Assembly (NCBI RefSeq): GCF_052425735.1
Contig: NC_135768.1
Coordinates: 22,444,001 to 22,508,000 of the forward strand
DNA: 64,000 nucleotides
Direction of reading: 5' to 3'
Source of the DNA: Oculina patagonica
Taxonomy: Eukaryota
The position numbers were made by a program, and so were the translations under genes. How positions within the stretch are numbered: the stretch's first letter is position 1; every line of letters starts with the position of its first letter. Of this stretch, positions 12,107 to 24,155 are shown one piece after another. The notes beneath the pieces are model-generated. The model ran no database searches. It was not told the DNA's origin and was given only the letters and a program-made list of their open reading frames with translations.

Positions 12107-13541
12107 ATTAAACGGTGTAAAAACGGCTTTCACATGAACCTCCGCCTTAAAAAAGTCTGCTGAAGGTAGGAGGTCTGAGACCGAATAAATTATTCAAATT
12201 CTGTGCGTCCTTTTTTGGCAATTCCTGAGTGAGCAGTGCTCATTTCCCCCACGACATTAGCCGTGCATGTACATGTACTGTATGTTTGGACATTAATTCC
12301 AGGGAGAATTACTGTTACTTAGGCCTATTACCCCTCCTAGAGCCAGAGAGCATAGGCCACCTAGGTAGTCCTCCAGAATCCCAGGGATGGGGAATGCGAA
12401 ATTTTAGATCATTTAAAACACCAAGCAAATTTTGTTTTTTCATCCCGCATAAGTTTGCAAGGGCGGCAATGAAAAATTCCGAAAGCCATGCGAATTATGT
12501 GGAACATATCAGGTGTTTTAAAAGTGTTTGAGAAAGAAGTAAGTCTCCGAAATGATGTGGTCATTTGTGTATTACAGCAGTCTGACACAATAAACATTTA
12601 ACTTAAAAAACACTTGTAATTGTCGCATTTGCATTTATAAATATAGTAAACCTTTCCGTCCGATTAGACAGCGGCTAATTTCAACTTTCGAAATCGGCGT
12701 TGCTTCTTTTATATCTCAACTCTCTAGAAAAAGACATGAAATTTTCACCGTATGATATGCAGACGTTTACATTTTCTCCCTAATGCGTTTGTAAAATAAA
12801 AGTTGTAGATTCGTTAGTAAGAGCAGGAATCATGATCAGTGAGGTTTGGATACATTCGGAATCTGATAAGAGGAAATTGCACGATAGCCGACCCTGACTG
12901 AATTGTATACTGATGTAATATGTTCTTTTTAAAGGAGATCATCTAATTAGCCATTAGTGTGAGTCGGTTTGAATATATACACTCAATAAACTCAACAAAC
13001 CCCTGCTTATAACGACAATAATTATCATAATGATTGTCTTATTCGGGATTAAAAATATCGAAAAGGCTTCCGCCATCAAGAGGCAGTAATTATTTTGTTT
13101 GGATTTTCGATCGGATCATTACTTTTAGGATTTTATTCATTTCATGGCAAGCCTGATAATCGGCTGTCGCATCTGACAACATGTCCTGGCGAAAACCTGG
13201 CTAAGCCGGTGGTTCAGCCCCGCGTTAAATAAAGTTTTGCTAATGTCTTATTTTGCTTCCCGTTTCGATTTCTTTGAAATCAGATCAACCAGAAACTCTT
13301 ACATCGACTTTCAACCGGGTAAAATTTGCATTAACCAAGTTCTTTCTTTGTGTCTTTCCTTCTTTACAAAAGCCACTGAATTGTATTTGTTAGAAGTAAA
13401 CGGAAGCCGTGTTCGCAAAATATATTAATTATATATTCTGCTGCAATTGAATAAAGCAACGATACATTGTGAGAGCAAGGCACTTTCAACACGAAACGCA
13501 AATTAACTGCAAGCTACGTTCCTGCGTTTTTCAAAAGCGAG

Positions 13542-15689
13542 ATGAATATTTCTAAGACTTCATCAGTCGGGAGTGAAAATAATTGTAAAAGCCGTTATGT
13601 CTTCAACAGTATTCCTTGGCGAAATTCTTTATCCGATTCATTTTATGGCTTGCTAGTCGGCGCAGCTGTGTTTAGCTTGGCGACTTGTTCTTTTACCATC
13701 CTTTTAAACGCAGTGGTTATGGTTGCCGTGAAGACCAAACGACGACTTCAAAGAAACGCCAACATTCTGCTGGCTTGTTTGGCGCTTACTGATCTGATGG
13801 TTGGGCTTGTTGTACAACCTCTTCACATAACCAAGACTATTTTCCTGTTACAAGGTAAAGAATTTCATGAACTTTGTGACATTGATTTGGCATTTACTGT
13901 CAGCTATCTCACATTCGTCGTCGCTACAGCGTGTCATTTGGTTTTAATCAGCGGAGAGCGATATCTTGCCATAAAACACACCTTCATTCACTTTGAAGTC
14001 ATCACTAAAACTCGCCTCATGATTTCCTCTACCGTGGCGTGGATCGCAGCTCTTACTTTCTTCCCTATCGTTTCTTATTTACCAATCTATTTATTTGTTT
14101 CACAAGGAACAATCCTTTTCTTAATCGTCTTTTTCCAGATTCTCGTTTACAAGGAAGCCCACCGCCATGAAAAACAGATTCTTTCACAACAAGTTTCCTT
14201 AGAGGCCAGAGCAAAATTTAACCAAGAAAAGAAAGCCTTAAAACTAACCACAATAATATTAGTGGCAATTATTCTGTGTTTCACTTTACCATCAATTTTT
14301 GCCCTCATTACGCAAAAGCTTTTCAAAGAAAAATTTACACCTGAAGTGAAAGCTTTAGTTCTCCATCTAGGTCGTCTGCCTGTGATTTTAAACTCAGTTC
14401 TTAATCCAGTAATTTACTCAGTACGAAAGAGGGAGTTTCGAGTTGCTTTTATTGAGTTGCTTTTAAGAAAAACTTTTCAAGAAGCTGACGAATTTGATAA
14501 GAGACTGTTTGGATCGCCAAACAATGTTGTGAGACTGCAATTGCAACGTGGGCAAGAAGGCGAAGGGACAGAACGAAACGGCGCGGAAAGAAATGTGGCA
14601 CAAGCTAACGTTAACCGTGAAGATAACCCTGAAGTTTTCGCTTCTGGCGCGAATTTGGATGAAAACAACACTGTCGCTAGACAGAACAAGCCTGGTTCCT
14701 CAAGTACACACAACATTGCATCTGAAAAGACACAAGAAGAGATAAGAAATTCCGATGACAGAAATGTGGCCAAAGCAATCGACAACCACGAAGATTATCC
14801 TGAAGTCTTTGCTTCTGGCGCGAATTTCGATGACAACAACACTGTTGCTAAAGAGAAGAAGCCTGGCTCCTCAAGTGTACACAACAGCATATCTGAATTT
14901 AAGACACAAGAAGATTATGGCTTGAGAGGAAATTCCGAGGACAATAATGTGGCCGAAGCAATCGACAACCATGAAGATTTTTCTGAAGTTCTCGCTTGTG
15001 GCGCGAATTTGGCTGACCACAACACTGTTGCCAGACAGTACAAGCCTGGCTCCTCAAGTTCACACAGCAGCACATCTGAAAAGACACAAGAAGATTATGG
15101 CAAGAGAAGAAATTCAGACCACGGTAAAAAGCAGCAGGAAGATGACCCTGAAGTCCTCGCTTCTTGCGCGAATTTGGATGACAATAACACTGTCTCAAGA
15201 CAGAACAAGCCTGTCTCCTCAAATGCACACAACAGCACATCTAAAAAGACACAAAAAGATCACGGCACCTTTCATGGCGAGAGAAGAAATTCCAAAGACA
15301 GAAATGTGGCCCAAGCAATCGACAGCCATGAAGATAACCCTGAAGTTCTCGCTTCTGGTGCGAATTTGGATGACAACAACACTGTTGCTAAAGAGAACAA
15401 GCCTTGCTTCTCAAGTGCACACAACAGCACATCTGAGAAGACACAAGAAGATCATGACGAGAGAAGAAATTCAGACCACGGTAAAAAGCAGCAGGAACAT
15501 GATCCTGAAGTTCTCGCCCCAGGGGTTAGTTTTGAAAGGGAAAGCACTGACCCCACCCCTAACGAGAGCTTATCCTCAAATGAAAGCATCAGAGACGAAG
15601 AAACACAGCTACAAATACGAGTGGACGAATTCGGCGAACCGTTGGACATTGAAACTGTGGAAGAACTCACATACGACACATATTTCTAA
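13542..15689 (+). CDS. Intronless class A (rhodopsin-like) GPCR with long repetitive C-terminal tail, 715 aa
   Basis: Seven hydrophobic segments; TM2 LALTDLMVGL, TM3 ERYLAI, TM6 CFTLP, TM7 LNPVIY, helix 8 REFRVAF; very short ECL2. Ligand class cannot be assigned. Confidence 0.93.
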   Translation: MNISKTSSVGSENNCKSRYVFNSIPWRNSLSDSFYGLLVGAAVFSLATCSFTILLNAVVMVAVKTKRRLQRNANILLACLALTDLMVGLVVQPLHITKTIFLLQGKEFHELCDIDLAFTVSYLTFVVATACHLVLISGERYLAIKHTFIHFEVITKTRLMISSTVAWIAALTFFPIVSYLPIYLFVSQGTILFLIVFFQILVYKEAHRHEKQILSQQVSLEARAKFNQEKKALKLTTIILVAIILCFTLPSIFALITQKLFKEKFTPEVKALVLHLGRLPVILNSVLNPVIYSVRKREFRVAFIELLLRKTFQEADEFDKRLFGSPNNVVRLQLQRGQEGEGTERNGAERNVAQANVNREDNPEVFASGANLDENNTVARQNKPGSSSTHNIASEKTQEEIRNSDDRNVAKAIDNHEDYPEVFASGANFDDNNTVAKEKKPGSSSVHNSISEFKTQEDYGLRGNSEDNNVAEAIDNHEDFSEVLACGANLADHNTVARQYKPGSSSSHSSTSEKTQEDYGKRRNSDHGKKQQEDDPEVLASCANLDDNNTVSRQNKPVSSNAHNSTSKKTQKDHGTFHGERRNSKDRNVAQAIDSHEDNPEVLASGANLDDNNTVAKENKPCFSSAHNSTSEKTQEDHDERRNSDHGKKQQEHDPEVLAPGVSFERESTDPTPNESLSSNESIRDEETQLQIRVDEFGEPLDIETVEELTYDTYF
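14586..15525 (+). repeat. Coding tandem repeat in the GPCR C-tail (5 full units plus 1 partial, ~55-64 aa each)
   Basis: Recurring ED.PEV.ASGANLD.NNTVA...KPGSSS.HN..SEKTQE...RRNS; all indels preserve frame. Confidence 0.95.
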
Positions 15690-16959
15690 TAACAGATACA
15701 CTTTTGAATCAATCTCGCCAAAAAGGCGAAGTAGTGAACATTGAAAATAATTGGAAAATAATAATGAAAACATTGGAGACTTTTATATCGCGACACTTTA
15801 TATTCGCGAATTTAAGAATTTGTTTAACATTTGTTTTACTTTCATATTTCGCGACATCACGATTTAAAACTTTATAAAATCTCTAAATTTTTGTTTAATA
15901 AGCTAAACAAAATCTTTGAATTTTGGCCGTACGCTCGGATAGCAAGCGAAAATAGCGCCTCACACAGAAAGAAGCTTTCATGAAAATTTTCACGATTAAA
16001 AACGCGTTAATTTGTCATTGCGGAAGTTTTAGGTAATAAGCTAAACAAAAAGATGTGCATTTTGGCCTAATGCTCGAATTCAGGTACATTTCACACAGCA
16101 AGAATCTTGTCAAGCGAGTGAACAGTTTTTTTTTTTAAGTTAACTAAAAATTGTATGTATATAAATTAACTTTGCTCTACAAACTCACACGACAATTTCA
16201 GTTATTTTAACCGCATGGTTAAGTCCAGTTCGGGGGGTTTGGTTCAAGAACTTTGCTTTATTTGCAAATCGAGCTAAACAACAACTGTGTGACAATAATG
16301 TATATATAAAATAAATGAGTAATTTAAATTGTGGATGGGCGTTGATCATGAAAGCTAAAAGTTTTTACAGAGCACATGCAAAGATAATGCGAAATTTCAG
16401 ATAATTTAAAACACAAAGCAATTTTTTTTTTCACCCGCATAAGTTCGTATTACAGCAAGCTCGCCCATGGAAAATTCCGAAAACCGTGCGAATCATGTGT
16501 ATAACCCATATCAGGTGTTTTAGAAGTGTTTGAGAAGAAAGTAGGTCTCCGAAATAAAGTAGTCATTTGTGTATGTAGCATTCTGACTCAATAAACATTA
16601 AACTCAAACAAACACTTGTAATTGTCGCATTTGGAATTGTGAATATTGTATATCTTTTCGCCGTCAAACTGCCTTCAGTAACATTTCGTTATTTTTTGAC
16701 CGAAAAGCGTTGCTACTTATCTCTCTAGAAAAACACACGAAGTTGTGTATACCCGGGCTTTTGTAAAGAAAGAAAAACAGACACACAGGAAGAACTTGGC
16801 TAATGCAAATTTTTACCCGGTTGAAAAACTCTAAAACTTATATCTGAAATCAAGGTCCTCAGAAGTAGTTTGAGAACTTCGTTAGTTCTAAAAGAAAACG
16901 AAACGGAAAGCAAAATAAGACATTGACAAAACTTTATTTAACGTCTAGGATTTCGGTAA

Positions 16960-17870
16960 ATGTTGTCAGATGTGACAGCTGATTTTCAGGCTTGCCACGA
17001 AATGAATAAAATTCTAAAAGTAATGATCCGATCGAAAATCCAAATAAAATCAATAGTGCCTCTTGATGGCGGAAGCCTTTTCGATATTTTAAATCCCGAA
17101 TAAGACAATCATTATAATAATTATTGTTATTTTTAAGCTGGAGTTTATTGAGTTTATTGAGTGTATATAGTCAAACTGACACATACTAATGGCTAATTAG
17201 ATGATCTCCTTTAATTAAAGGGACTATGTCGAGGATTTTAACAGATTTTTGAACGGCCAAAATTTATATTTGTGTCGTAGAAAACTTAAAAATAATGGTC
17301 CATTTTTTATTAACAATTGCTATTTTAGAGCACTAAAACTGTTTAAAAACGCGTTTGGCTGTGGATGGAAATGGATGCAATTTGAAACGTTAGCCAACGT
17401 TTTCAAGTTGTTTCCGCGCGCCGTCAAAAAATCGATTTCCTTTGTCTTCTCAGGTGCAAAATTTATCCAAACCTAACCGAGTCCAGAACTTTCTTACGTA
17501 TATAATCCTTATTTTACAAGCGCATTGGATTAAAATGTAAGGGTTTCCACAAATTGAAGTACGATGAAAACTTCGTGTTTCTAGCTTTCCGGACAGTTGA
17601 GAAAAAGAAGAAAGACCGAAAGGTAAACTGAAGGCTGTTTGACGGCGAAAAGGTTTAAAAAATTCATTATTCCAATTGCGGCAATTACAAATGTTTGTTT
17701 AAGTTTAATTTTTATTGAGTCAGAATGCAACATGCACAATAATTACTTCATTTCGAAGCCTTACTTGTTTCTCAAACACTTCTAAAACACCTGATGTGTT
17801 ACAAATGATTCGCACGGTTTTCCATGGGCGAGTTTGCGGTAATATATACCAACTTATGCGGATGAAAAAA
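16960..17870 (-). repeat. Inverted diverged copy of the GPCR upstream region 12440-13185
   Basis: For example 12931-13185 (AAAGGAGATCATCTAATTAGCCATTAGT...) matches the reverse complement of 16960-17214, and 12440-12640 matches 17680-17870 inverted and 16430-16635 direct. Confidence 0.9.
17219..17438 (+). mobile_element. Kolobok-like MITE family K, truncated copy
   Basis: TTAA|AGGGACTATGTC start; matches the first ~220 bp of 23546-23945. Confidence 0.85.
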
Positions 17871-18015
17871 AACAAAATTTTGATTTGTTTTTCACATTTT
17901 TGTTAATTAACTAAAATTTCGCATTGCTTGATTTCAAATTTTCTTTGCATATTCTCGGTACAAACAATTCGCTTTCATGATCATCGCTCATTCAAAACTT
18001 GAATGAATCATTTTA

Positions 18016-18402
18016 AGGGACAACGTCACGGGGATTTCGCAGATTTTTGGTCTCAACTGTTCTGAAATAAGTGGCAGGCAACTTTACCCATGAAAAACAT
18101 TATCTTTGAACATTTAACTGAAGATATAACCTTTATCAGTTGGGATGGGATAGAAATCAAACTACGGCTATAAATATCGATTTTTTAAGGCGCCCGGAAA
18201 CAACTTGAAAACGTTGGCTTACGTTTTCAAATTGCAAATCCATTCCCATCCGAGCCATCCGCAGCCAAACGCGCTTTTTAACAGTTTTATTGTTCTAAAA
18301 TAGCAATTGTTTATAAAATAGACCATTATTTTTAAGTTTCTTACGACAGAAATATAAATTTTAGCCGTTTAAAAATTTGTTTAAATCCGTGACATAGTCC
18401 CT
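18016..18402 (-). mobile_element. Kolobok-like MITE family K, full copy (~390 bp)
   Basis: Ends GTGACATAGTCCCT|TTAA; reverse complement of 23546-23945; other end AGGGACAACGTCAC. Confidence 0.88.
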
Positions 18403-18699
18403 TTAATTTGTATATATATTCGTTGACAGCTGTTGTCATGCTCGATTGTTTGATTGAGGCAAAGTTTTCGAACTAATCCCAGACTAAACCAATGCGGTTA
18501 ATATAGCTTAAACTATAATGAGGTTGATATATAAAGGTAGAATTTTTACGCACAATTTAATAAAACAACACTATTAGCTCGCTTGAAAATCTTCTTGCTG
18601 TGTTATTCGAGCGTACGACTAATTTTTGGTCATATTCATATCTTTTGTTTAGCTCGTTACGCAAAATTTTCGCGATACGAATTTAATGTGTTTCTCTAA

Positions 18700-19210
18700 G
18701 GGCCTGTTTATATGGAGGAGAGTTCTCCCTTGTAGGAGGTTTATCCTCTTGTTTATATGAGAAAGTTGTCCCTGTTGGCCAAGCCAAACCTTGGCCCTCT
18801 CGGTTCAAAAGACTGGCAAGAGTTGTTTTAAAACATTTATTATGGCTGCTTTTTCTAAAATCAGGAACGTTGAAACTTCGACCAAGACCATTTTTTGGAC
18901 AAATTTACCACCCACTTCGATTTCAATTTATCTGCAATTTTGTTTTGGCCGATTATGGCGTTTGCGCTTGCTCCGTATGTGTCAACTTTTCCCTGGTAGG
19001 CGAGACAAAAATAACCAAACTGTTTATATGGAGAAAAAGTTGGCCTTCACCCAGGGCTACCCTGCCCCCCGAGCCAACGTTTCATTTTCTCATATAAACA
19101 GTTCGCAGCAATTTATAAAGAAACGTATGAAAAGCTTTCTCGCCTGGGGTGGCTCGGTATGGAGGGTAACCCTCTTACCAACGACAACTCTCCTCCATAT
19201 AAACAGGCCA
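18700..19210. mobile_element. PIF/Harbinger-like MITE
   Basis: TIR GGCCTGTTTATATGGAGGAGAGT ... ACTCTCCTCCATATAAACAGGCC, flanked by TAA/TTA; internal TGTTTATATG repeats. Confidence 0.8.
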
Positions 19211-19237
19211 TTAATCATGAAAATTGTGAATCGAAAG

Positions 19238-19534
19238 CATTCTCGTCCACAGAGCCGCTTGTCCCTCTTATTCAGCAGAACCTGGGGCACGAGGAACAAG
19301 TGGCTTTGTGGACACATGATCTGATTGCCTAGATTTTTAACAAAGATAATTTTAATATAGCCAATCACATCAACCGTTTTAAATTTCTCTACAACAAAGG
19401 GGTTTTTAAACGGTTGATTTGATTTGCTGGATTTAAATATCCTTTGTTGAAAATCTAGCCAATCAAATCCTGTGTCCCCAGAGCCACTTGTTCCTCGTGC
19501 CCTAGGTTGTGCCGGCTAAGAGGGGACGAGAATG
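19238..19534. mobile_element. Fold-back MITE (CATTCTCGTCC family)
   Basis: CATTCTCGTCC ... GGACGAGAATG with long internal inverted arms; flanks AATCGAAAG / GGTCGAAAG form a degenerate 9-bp duplication. Confidence 0.8.
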
Positions 19535-19796
19535 GGTCGAAAGCTTCTTTCTGTGAAGTAGAAACGATTCAGTGGCTTTTGAAAAGAAAAAAGGTGCAGA
19601 AAAACAATATGGCTTATGCAAATATGTCAAAAATAGTTTTAGCTATGGTGGCGCCATTCTATGGAACAGCCTTCCATGCCGGAGGTAAGGCAAACAGAGT
19701 CCCTTGGGCAATTTAAACATTTAGTCAAACAAGAACTTTAAGGCACGGCATTCTTGGAAAGCAGCTTTTTATTAAAACATTGTACATTGTGTATAG

Positions 19797-19927
19797 NNNN
19801 NNNNNNNNNNNNNNNNNNNNNNNNNNNNNNNNNNNNNNNNNNNNNNNNNNNNNNNNNNNNNNNNNNNNNNNNNNNNNNNNNNNNNNNNNNNNNNNNNNNN
19901 NNNNNNNNNNNNNNNNNNNNNNNNNNN
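19797..19927. other. Assembly gap (131 N)
   Basis: Run of N. Confidence 1.
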
Positions 19928-21197
19928 GTTTGCTTAAAGTCCTTAGCGCCGAGACCAAACCATGGTCCTGGGGCACTAAAGGGTAGCCAGTTTTTAGCTT
20001 GACAACACCCTCCTCAAAATATGCGCTGTACCCAGCAAGGTTATCTTCTGTAGTTCACTGATGCTTATTTGGCCGGGGATTCTTCCAATATAACTCTCTA
20101 GTCCCTTTTTGATAGCTCCAAGTGCTCCAATGATAACTGGTATCGTTTCCGTTCTCATGCCCCACATTCGGCTTGTTTCGATTTCCAAGTCCTTATATTT
20201 AGATAGTTTTTCAGTGACTTTCACGGATGTGTTTCTGTCTGATGGTACTGCCATGTCAATAAATTTACAGGTTTTCGTTTTGTGGTCTTTAATCACTATA
20301 TCTGGTCTGTTGGCTGTTATTTTCCTGTCTGTGTGTATGGGCATGTCCCATAATATTGTGACATCCTCATTTTCTGTAACTGTTTCCGGTTCATGGTCAT
20401 ACCACTTTTCTGATGTCTCTATATTATAGTTGTGATAGACTTTCCAGTGTATATACGCGGCTGCTTTATCGTGTCGGTGGATATATTCTGTTTTCGCAAG
20501 TTCAGGGCACCCAGACACGATATGGTCGATTGTTTCGTCGTATTTGTTACACATCCTGCATAGGGGGCTAGTACCGTCTTTGATAATTCTGGCGTGGTAT
20601 GATCTGGTAGCTAGGCTTTGGTCTTGGGCTGCGATTATGAATCCTTCTGTTTCTGCCTTCAGTCCACTGCTTTTCAGCCACTGGTTGGTTTTGTGGTGGT
20701 CGACATCTGCTTCCTTTATTCTCTTTGGGTATCTCCCATGGAGAGCTTTGTCCTCCCACTGCTTTGTTAACTTTTCTTGGGTCTTATTTCGTGCCATTTG
20801 TTTGGTTCTCTTTGCACATTTTGTGGTTGTTTCATCTGCTCGTTTGTCTGGGATTTGTAGGTCTAGTTCTTGTTTGAATTGCTCTGCTTGCTTTTGTATA
20901 GAGTACAATTTCTTTCTGCCATCATGTTCTTGCACTAGTTTGATTAGGGCATCATTAAGTATGTATCGAGCCCTATCGTGGTTGTTTTGTAAGAGGCTTC
21001 TAATTGGATAAGACCCCTAGCACTAGCATTTCTTGGGAGGTAGAGCCTGTCTACATCTGCTTTGGTGTGATGCATCTTTGATAGGGTGAGTAGTTTTCTT
21101 GTTTTTGTGTCTAACCTCTTGATTTCACTCATCTTCCAGTCGATTATGTTAAAACTGTAAGTCACCACTGGGATGGCTAAGTCACCACTGGGATGGC

Positions 21198-21198
<1 letters not shown>
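19928..21198 (-). mobile_element. 5'-truncated non-LTR retrotransposon with restriction-like endonuclease (R4/Dong-like), frameshifted
   Basis: ORF 19994-20935 has a CCHC knuckle (CRMC...ETIDHIVSGC), RHD, RPDIV...IDMAVP and KLSKY, the PD-(D/E)xK RLE signature. The upstream frame 20944-21168 has the post-RT motif DRLYLPR...RGLIQL. Frameshift near 20955. Confidence 0.9.
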
Positions 21199-21264
<66 letters not shown>

Positions 21265-21343
21265 AATAATATTATTATTATTATTAATGTAATGATTATG
21301 TACAGTAGTAATATATCTGATGACATGTGTGGTTGAAATGAAG

Positions 21344-21426
<83 letters not shown>

Positions 21427-21538
21427 TTTAGATTTCCAAATTTTACAGCTCTCGGACACAGATCTGTCAACCAAAATGAGAATGATTTAGCATTTTGAGA
21501 GCCATCCTTTGTTTCATAATGTAACCTGGATTGGAACA

Positions 21539-21576
<38 letters not shown>

Positions 21577-21580
21577 CGAT
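21198..21580. repeat. Microsatellite cluster: (ATT)n ~21198-21286, (ATCT)n/(GTCT)n ~21347-21426, (GAT)n ~21539-21580
   Basis: Directly visible simple repeats. Confidence 0.98.
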
Positions 21581-21797
21581 AAAAGATTTGTAAAGTGCCA
21601 TAGCCATGGCGTATGGCACTTTACAATAGAATTGTATTAAAACGGAAATTACATTAAAAAAAATTTACATCAGTGATAAACCTGAAAAAACAAAGTTACC
21701 CTCTACCGATACCGATTGTTCGACTTACAACATACAACGAATCGAAAACAAAAACTTTCTACGTTACACAACAATCTAGAATCATTTCACATTTCAA

Positions 21798-24155
21798 TTA
21801 CACAGGGTTCTCGGCTAGCTCCAAGTGATTGTCAGTTTCTGTAATTGTTATTTCAGAAGACACATGTGTGGTTTTCTTGCAGATTAAACGTAAAGATAAA
21901 AACTCTTTCCTATATTCTTTGTTGCTGAGAAAGTAAATCCATGGATTCACAACAGAGTTGGACATCGACAATATCAGGGAAACTTTGGTTCCAATTTGCC
22001 CTTCAAAACCGAATTGAAACAAAATATAAATGATCTGACTTGGGAGCCAGCACCCTGTTAGGACAGCGGCTGTGATAGCACACATGCGCAACAGCAACTT
22101 TTGTTGGGTTTGCGCCTGCTGCGTACTTCCAAATAAGGACGGAGCTGCTTTAATACGATACCAAATATGGATAAATGAAGCCCAGATAATCATTGTCGGA
22201 ATAAGAAATGTTACAGTGGCGTAACTTATAGCAAAAGCCTGTTGCCCCACCTTACCAAAATTATTAGGAATAGATACGCACGTATTATTCTTAAATTCGA
22301 TTTGGGTAAACCTATCAATCAGCAATAAAGCACTGCAGACGAAAATACCCACTATATACATGAAAACATTTTTCCTGGCAAAGAAAACTTTGTGCCTAAA
22401 CGGTATAATTACTGAAGACCATCGTTCTAATGCTAACAGTGTGACAGTCAAGATAGACGCTTTGCTGAGAAGAAATACAAAAAACCTGTTTTCAATCAAA
22501 TAGCAGAAAATATACCCAGCAGGGCCCACGAGGGATGGATCGGTGGTGATGTGAAACAGCGGTGTTGCAAAAATAGTCACCCCTGCAAAGAAAAACAGAA
22601 ATTAATTACATCTGTAGATTTTTTTGAAAAGGCCCAGCAGTGATTAAAGGATCACTTTTCTTTGAAATGTCAATACATATTTATGCAAGCAAGTCGCAAT
22701 GAAAACAAAGCTGGTCACCAACAGGGAATTTAATACCTTAAAATAATTGGTAATTGTATGAAATACTGTTATATATTGATTAATATGGTAAATGGTTTGA
22801 ACCCAGGAGTATCAGTAGGTCGTATAGTGTGATCGTCCGTTTGAGAGTAGTTCTGAGAAGAACTGTTGTTGGTGAATTGATTAATGTAAGCAGAATTTGC
22901 ACTTTGGCAAATTGGCTTATGTCCTATCGGGGATAACGAGAATTTAGTAAGTAAGGAAATGGTTCCAATAAACTAAGGACGATCAGAACTGGTATTCTGA
23001 TAAAAAGATACATTAGTAATCTTAGTAATTGTAAGTTAACATTTTTAAGTATTTTAGTATTTTTCAATTAGTATTTGTAAATTAGCAACTTTAATTTTGT
23101 AACACGACCCCACAAGAGACAGGTTTAATTTATATCGTACATAAATAAAAGTTTTTGCATTGTATTGTATTGTATCTTTGTCGTTGCCTTTGTTGCTCCA
23201 CTATTTAACTTGAAATGGATGATTGCTACTCCGGCCGGTTGCTGCGCGACAATATGAGTGAATTTCTTGTAATTTAAATATTGAAATTTATAGCTTGATT
23301 TTATATCACATGAAAATAGATTTTGCAAAAAAGACCCCAGTCGCAAATTAAGGGATCTTCAGAAAAATTCCTAATATTTGATTTGTAGTGCTGTAGGTCC
23401 CGTATTCCTTTCTCCCTCTACAGTCTAGTTTTTCCTTTTAAAATATTGGAACGTCCTGGAGCAAATTTATGATCTTGTATGGACTGATTGAGTTTACTTC
23501 TCAAACAAGCAACTGCTGGCCGCTTGAAATTTATCATTATATATAAAGGGACTATGTCACCGATTTTAACAGACTTTTGAACAGCCAAAATTTACATTGG
23601 TGTCGTAGAAAACTTAAAATAGTGGTCTATTTGTATTAACAATTGCCATTTTAGAGCACTCGAACTGTTTAAAAGCGCGTTTGGCTGCGGATGGCTCAGA
23701 TGGAAATGGATTGCAATTTGAAAACGTTAGCCAACGTTTTCAAGTTGTTTCCAGTGTTTCAGCCGGGCGCCTTCTAAAAAATCGATATTTATAGCCGAAG
23801 TTTGATTTCTATCCCCGAATAAAGGTTATATCTTCAGTTAAATGTTCAAAGATAATGTTTTTCATGGGTAAAGTTGCTTACCACTTATTTCGGAACACGG
23901 TTTAGACCAAAAATCTATCTACAAAGTCCCCATGACATAGTCACTTATATCTATGTGTGCTGAAGATTAGTTTGAATTCAAGAATCAACTAATGTTACCT
24001 GTCATCATATCAATCGTAGCTAAAGTCAGCAGTAGAATATTGTGAGGCTTTTTCAACCAGACGGGCTTCTTATACAGCAGAAAACAAAACAGAGCGTTGC
24101 TGACAATCGACGCCGTTGCAATGAAACCAAACGTGGCCCCAAGCGCTGCACTCAT
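21798..24155 (-). CDS. Class A GPCR, 2 coding exons, 313 aa
   Basis: Exon 24155-23999 (MSAALGATFGFIATASIVSNALFCFLL...HNILLLTLATIDMMTG, TM1-TM2) splices in phase 1 to 22582-21798 (LALERW, CWLP, NSVVNPWIY, KEYRKEF). An in-frame TGA lies just upstream of the ATG. Confidence 0.9.
23546..23945 (+). mobile_element. Kolobok-like MITE family K, full copy in the GPCR intron
   Basis: AGGGACTATGTCAC ... ATGACATAGTCACT; high similarity to three other copies. Confidence 0.88.

Noticed and set aside
14947-15744. 265-aa overlapping ORF in another frame of the GPCR tail
   Set aside because: A repeat unit that lacks stops in a second frame explains it; there is no independent evidence of coding.
18791-19324. 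177-aa ORF
   Set aside because: It spans two unrelated MITEs and has no recognizable protein features.
19725-20002. ORFs containing X runs
   Set aside because: Artefacts of the N gap.
22805-22875. Possible Penelope-type terminal fragment with a ribozyme
   Set aside because: It resembles such repeats but is too short, and no hammerhead core is present.
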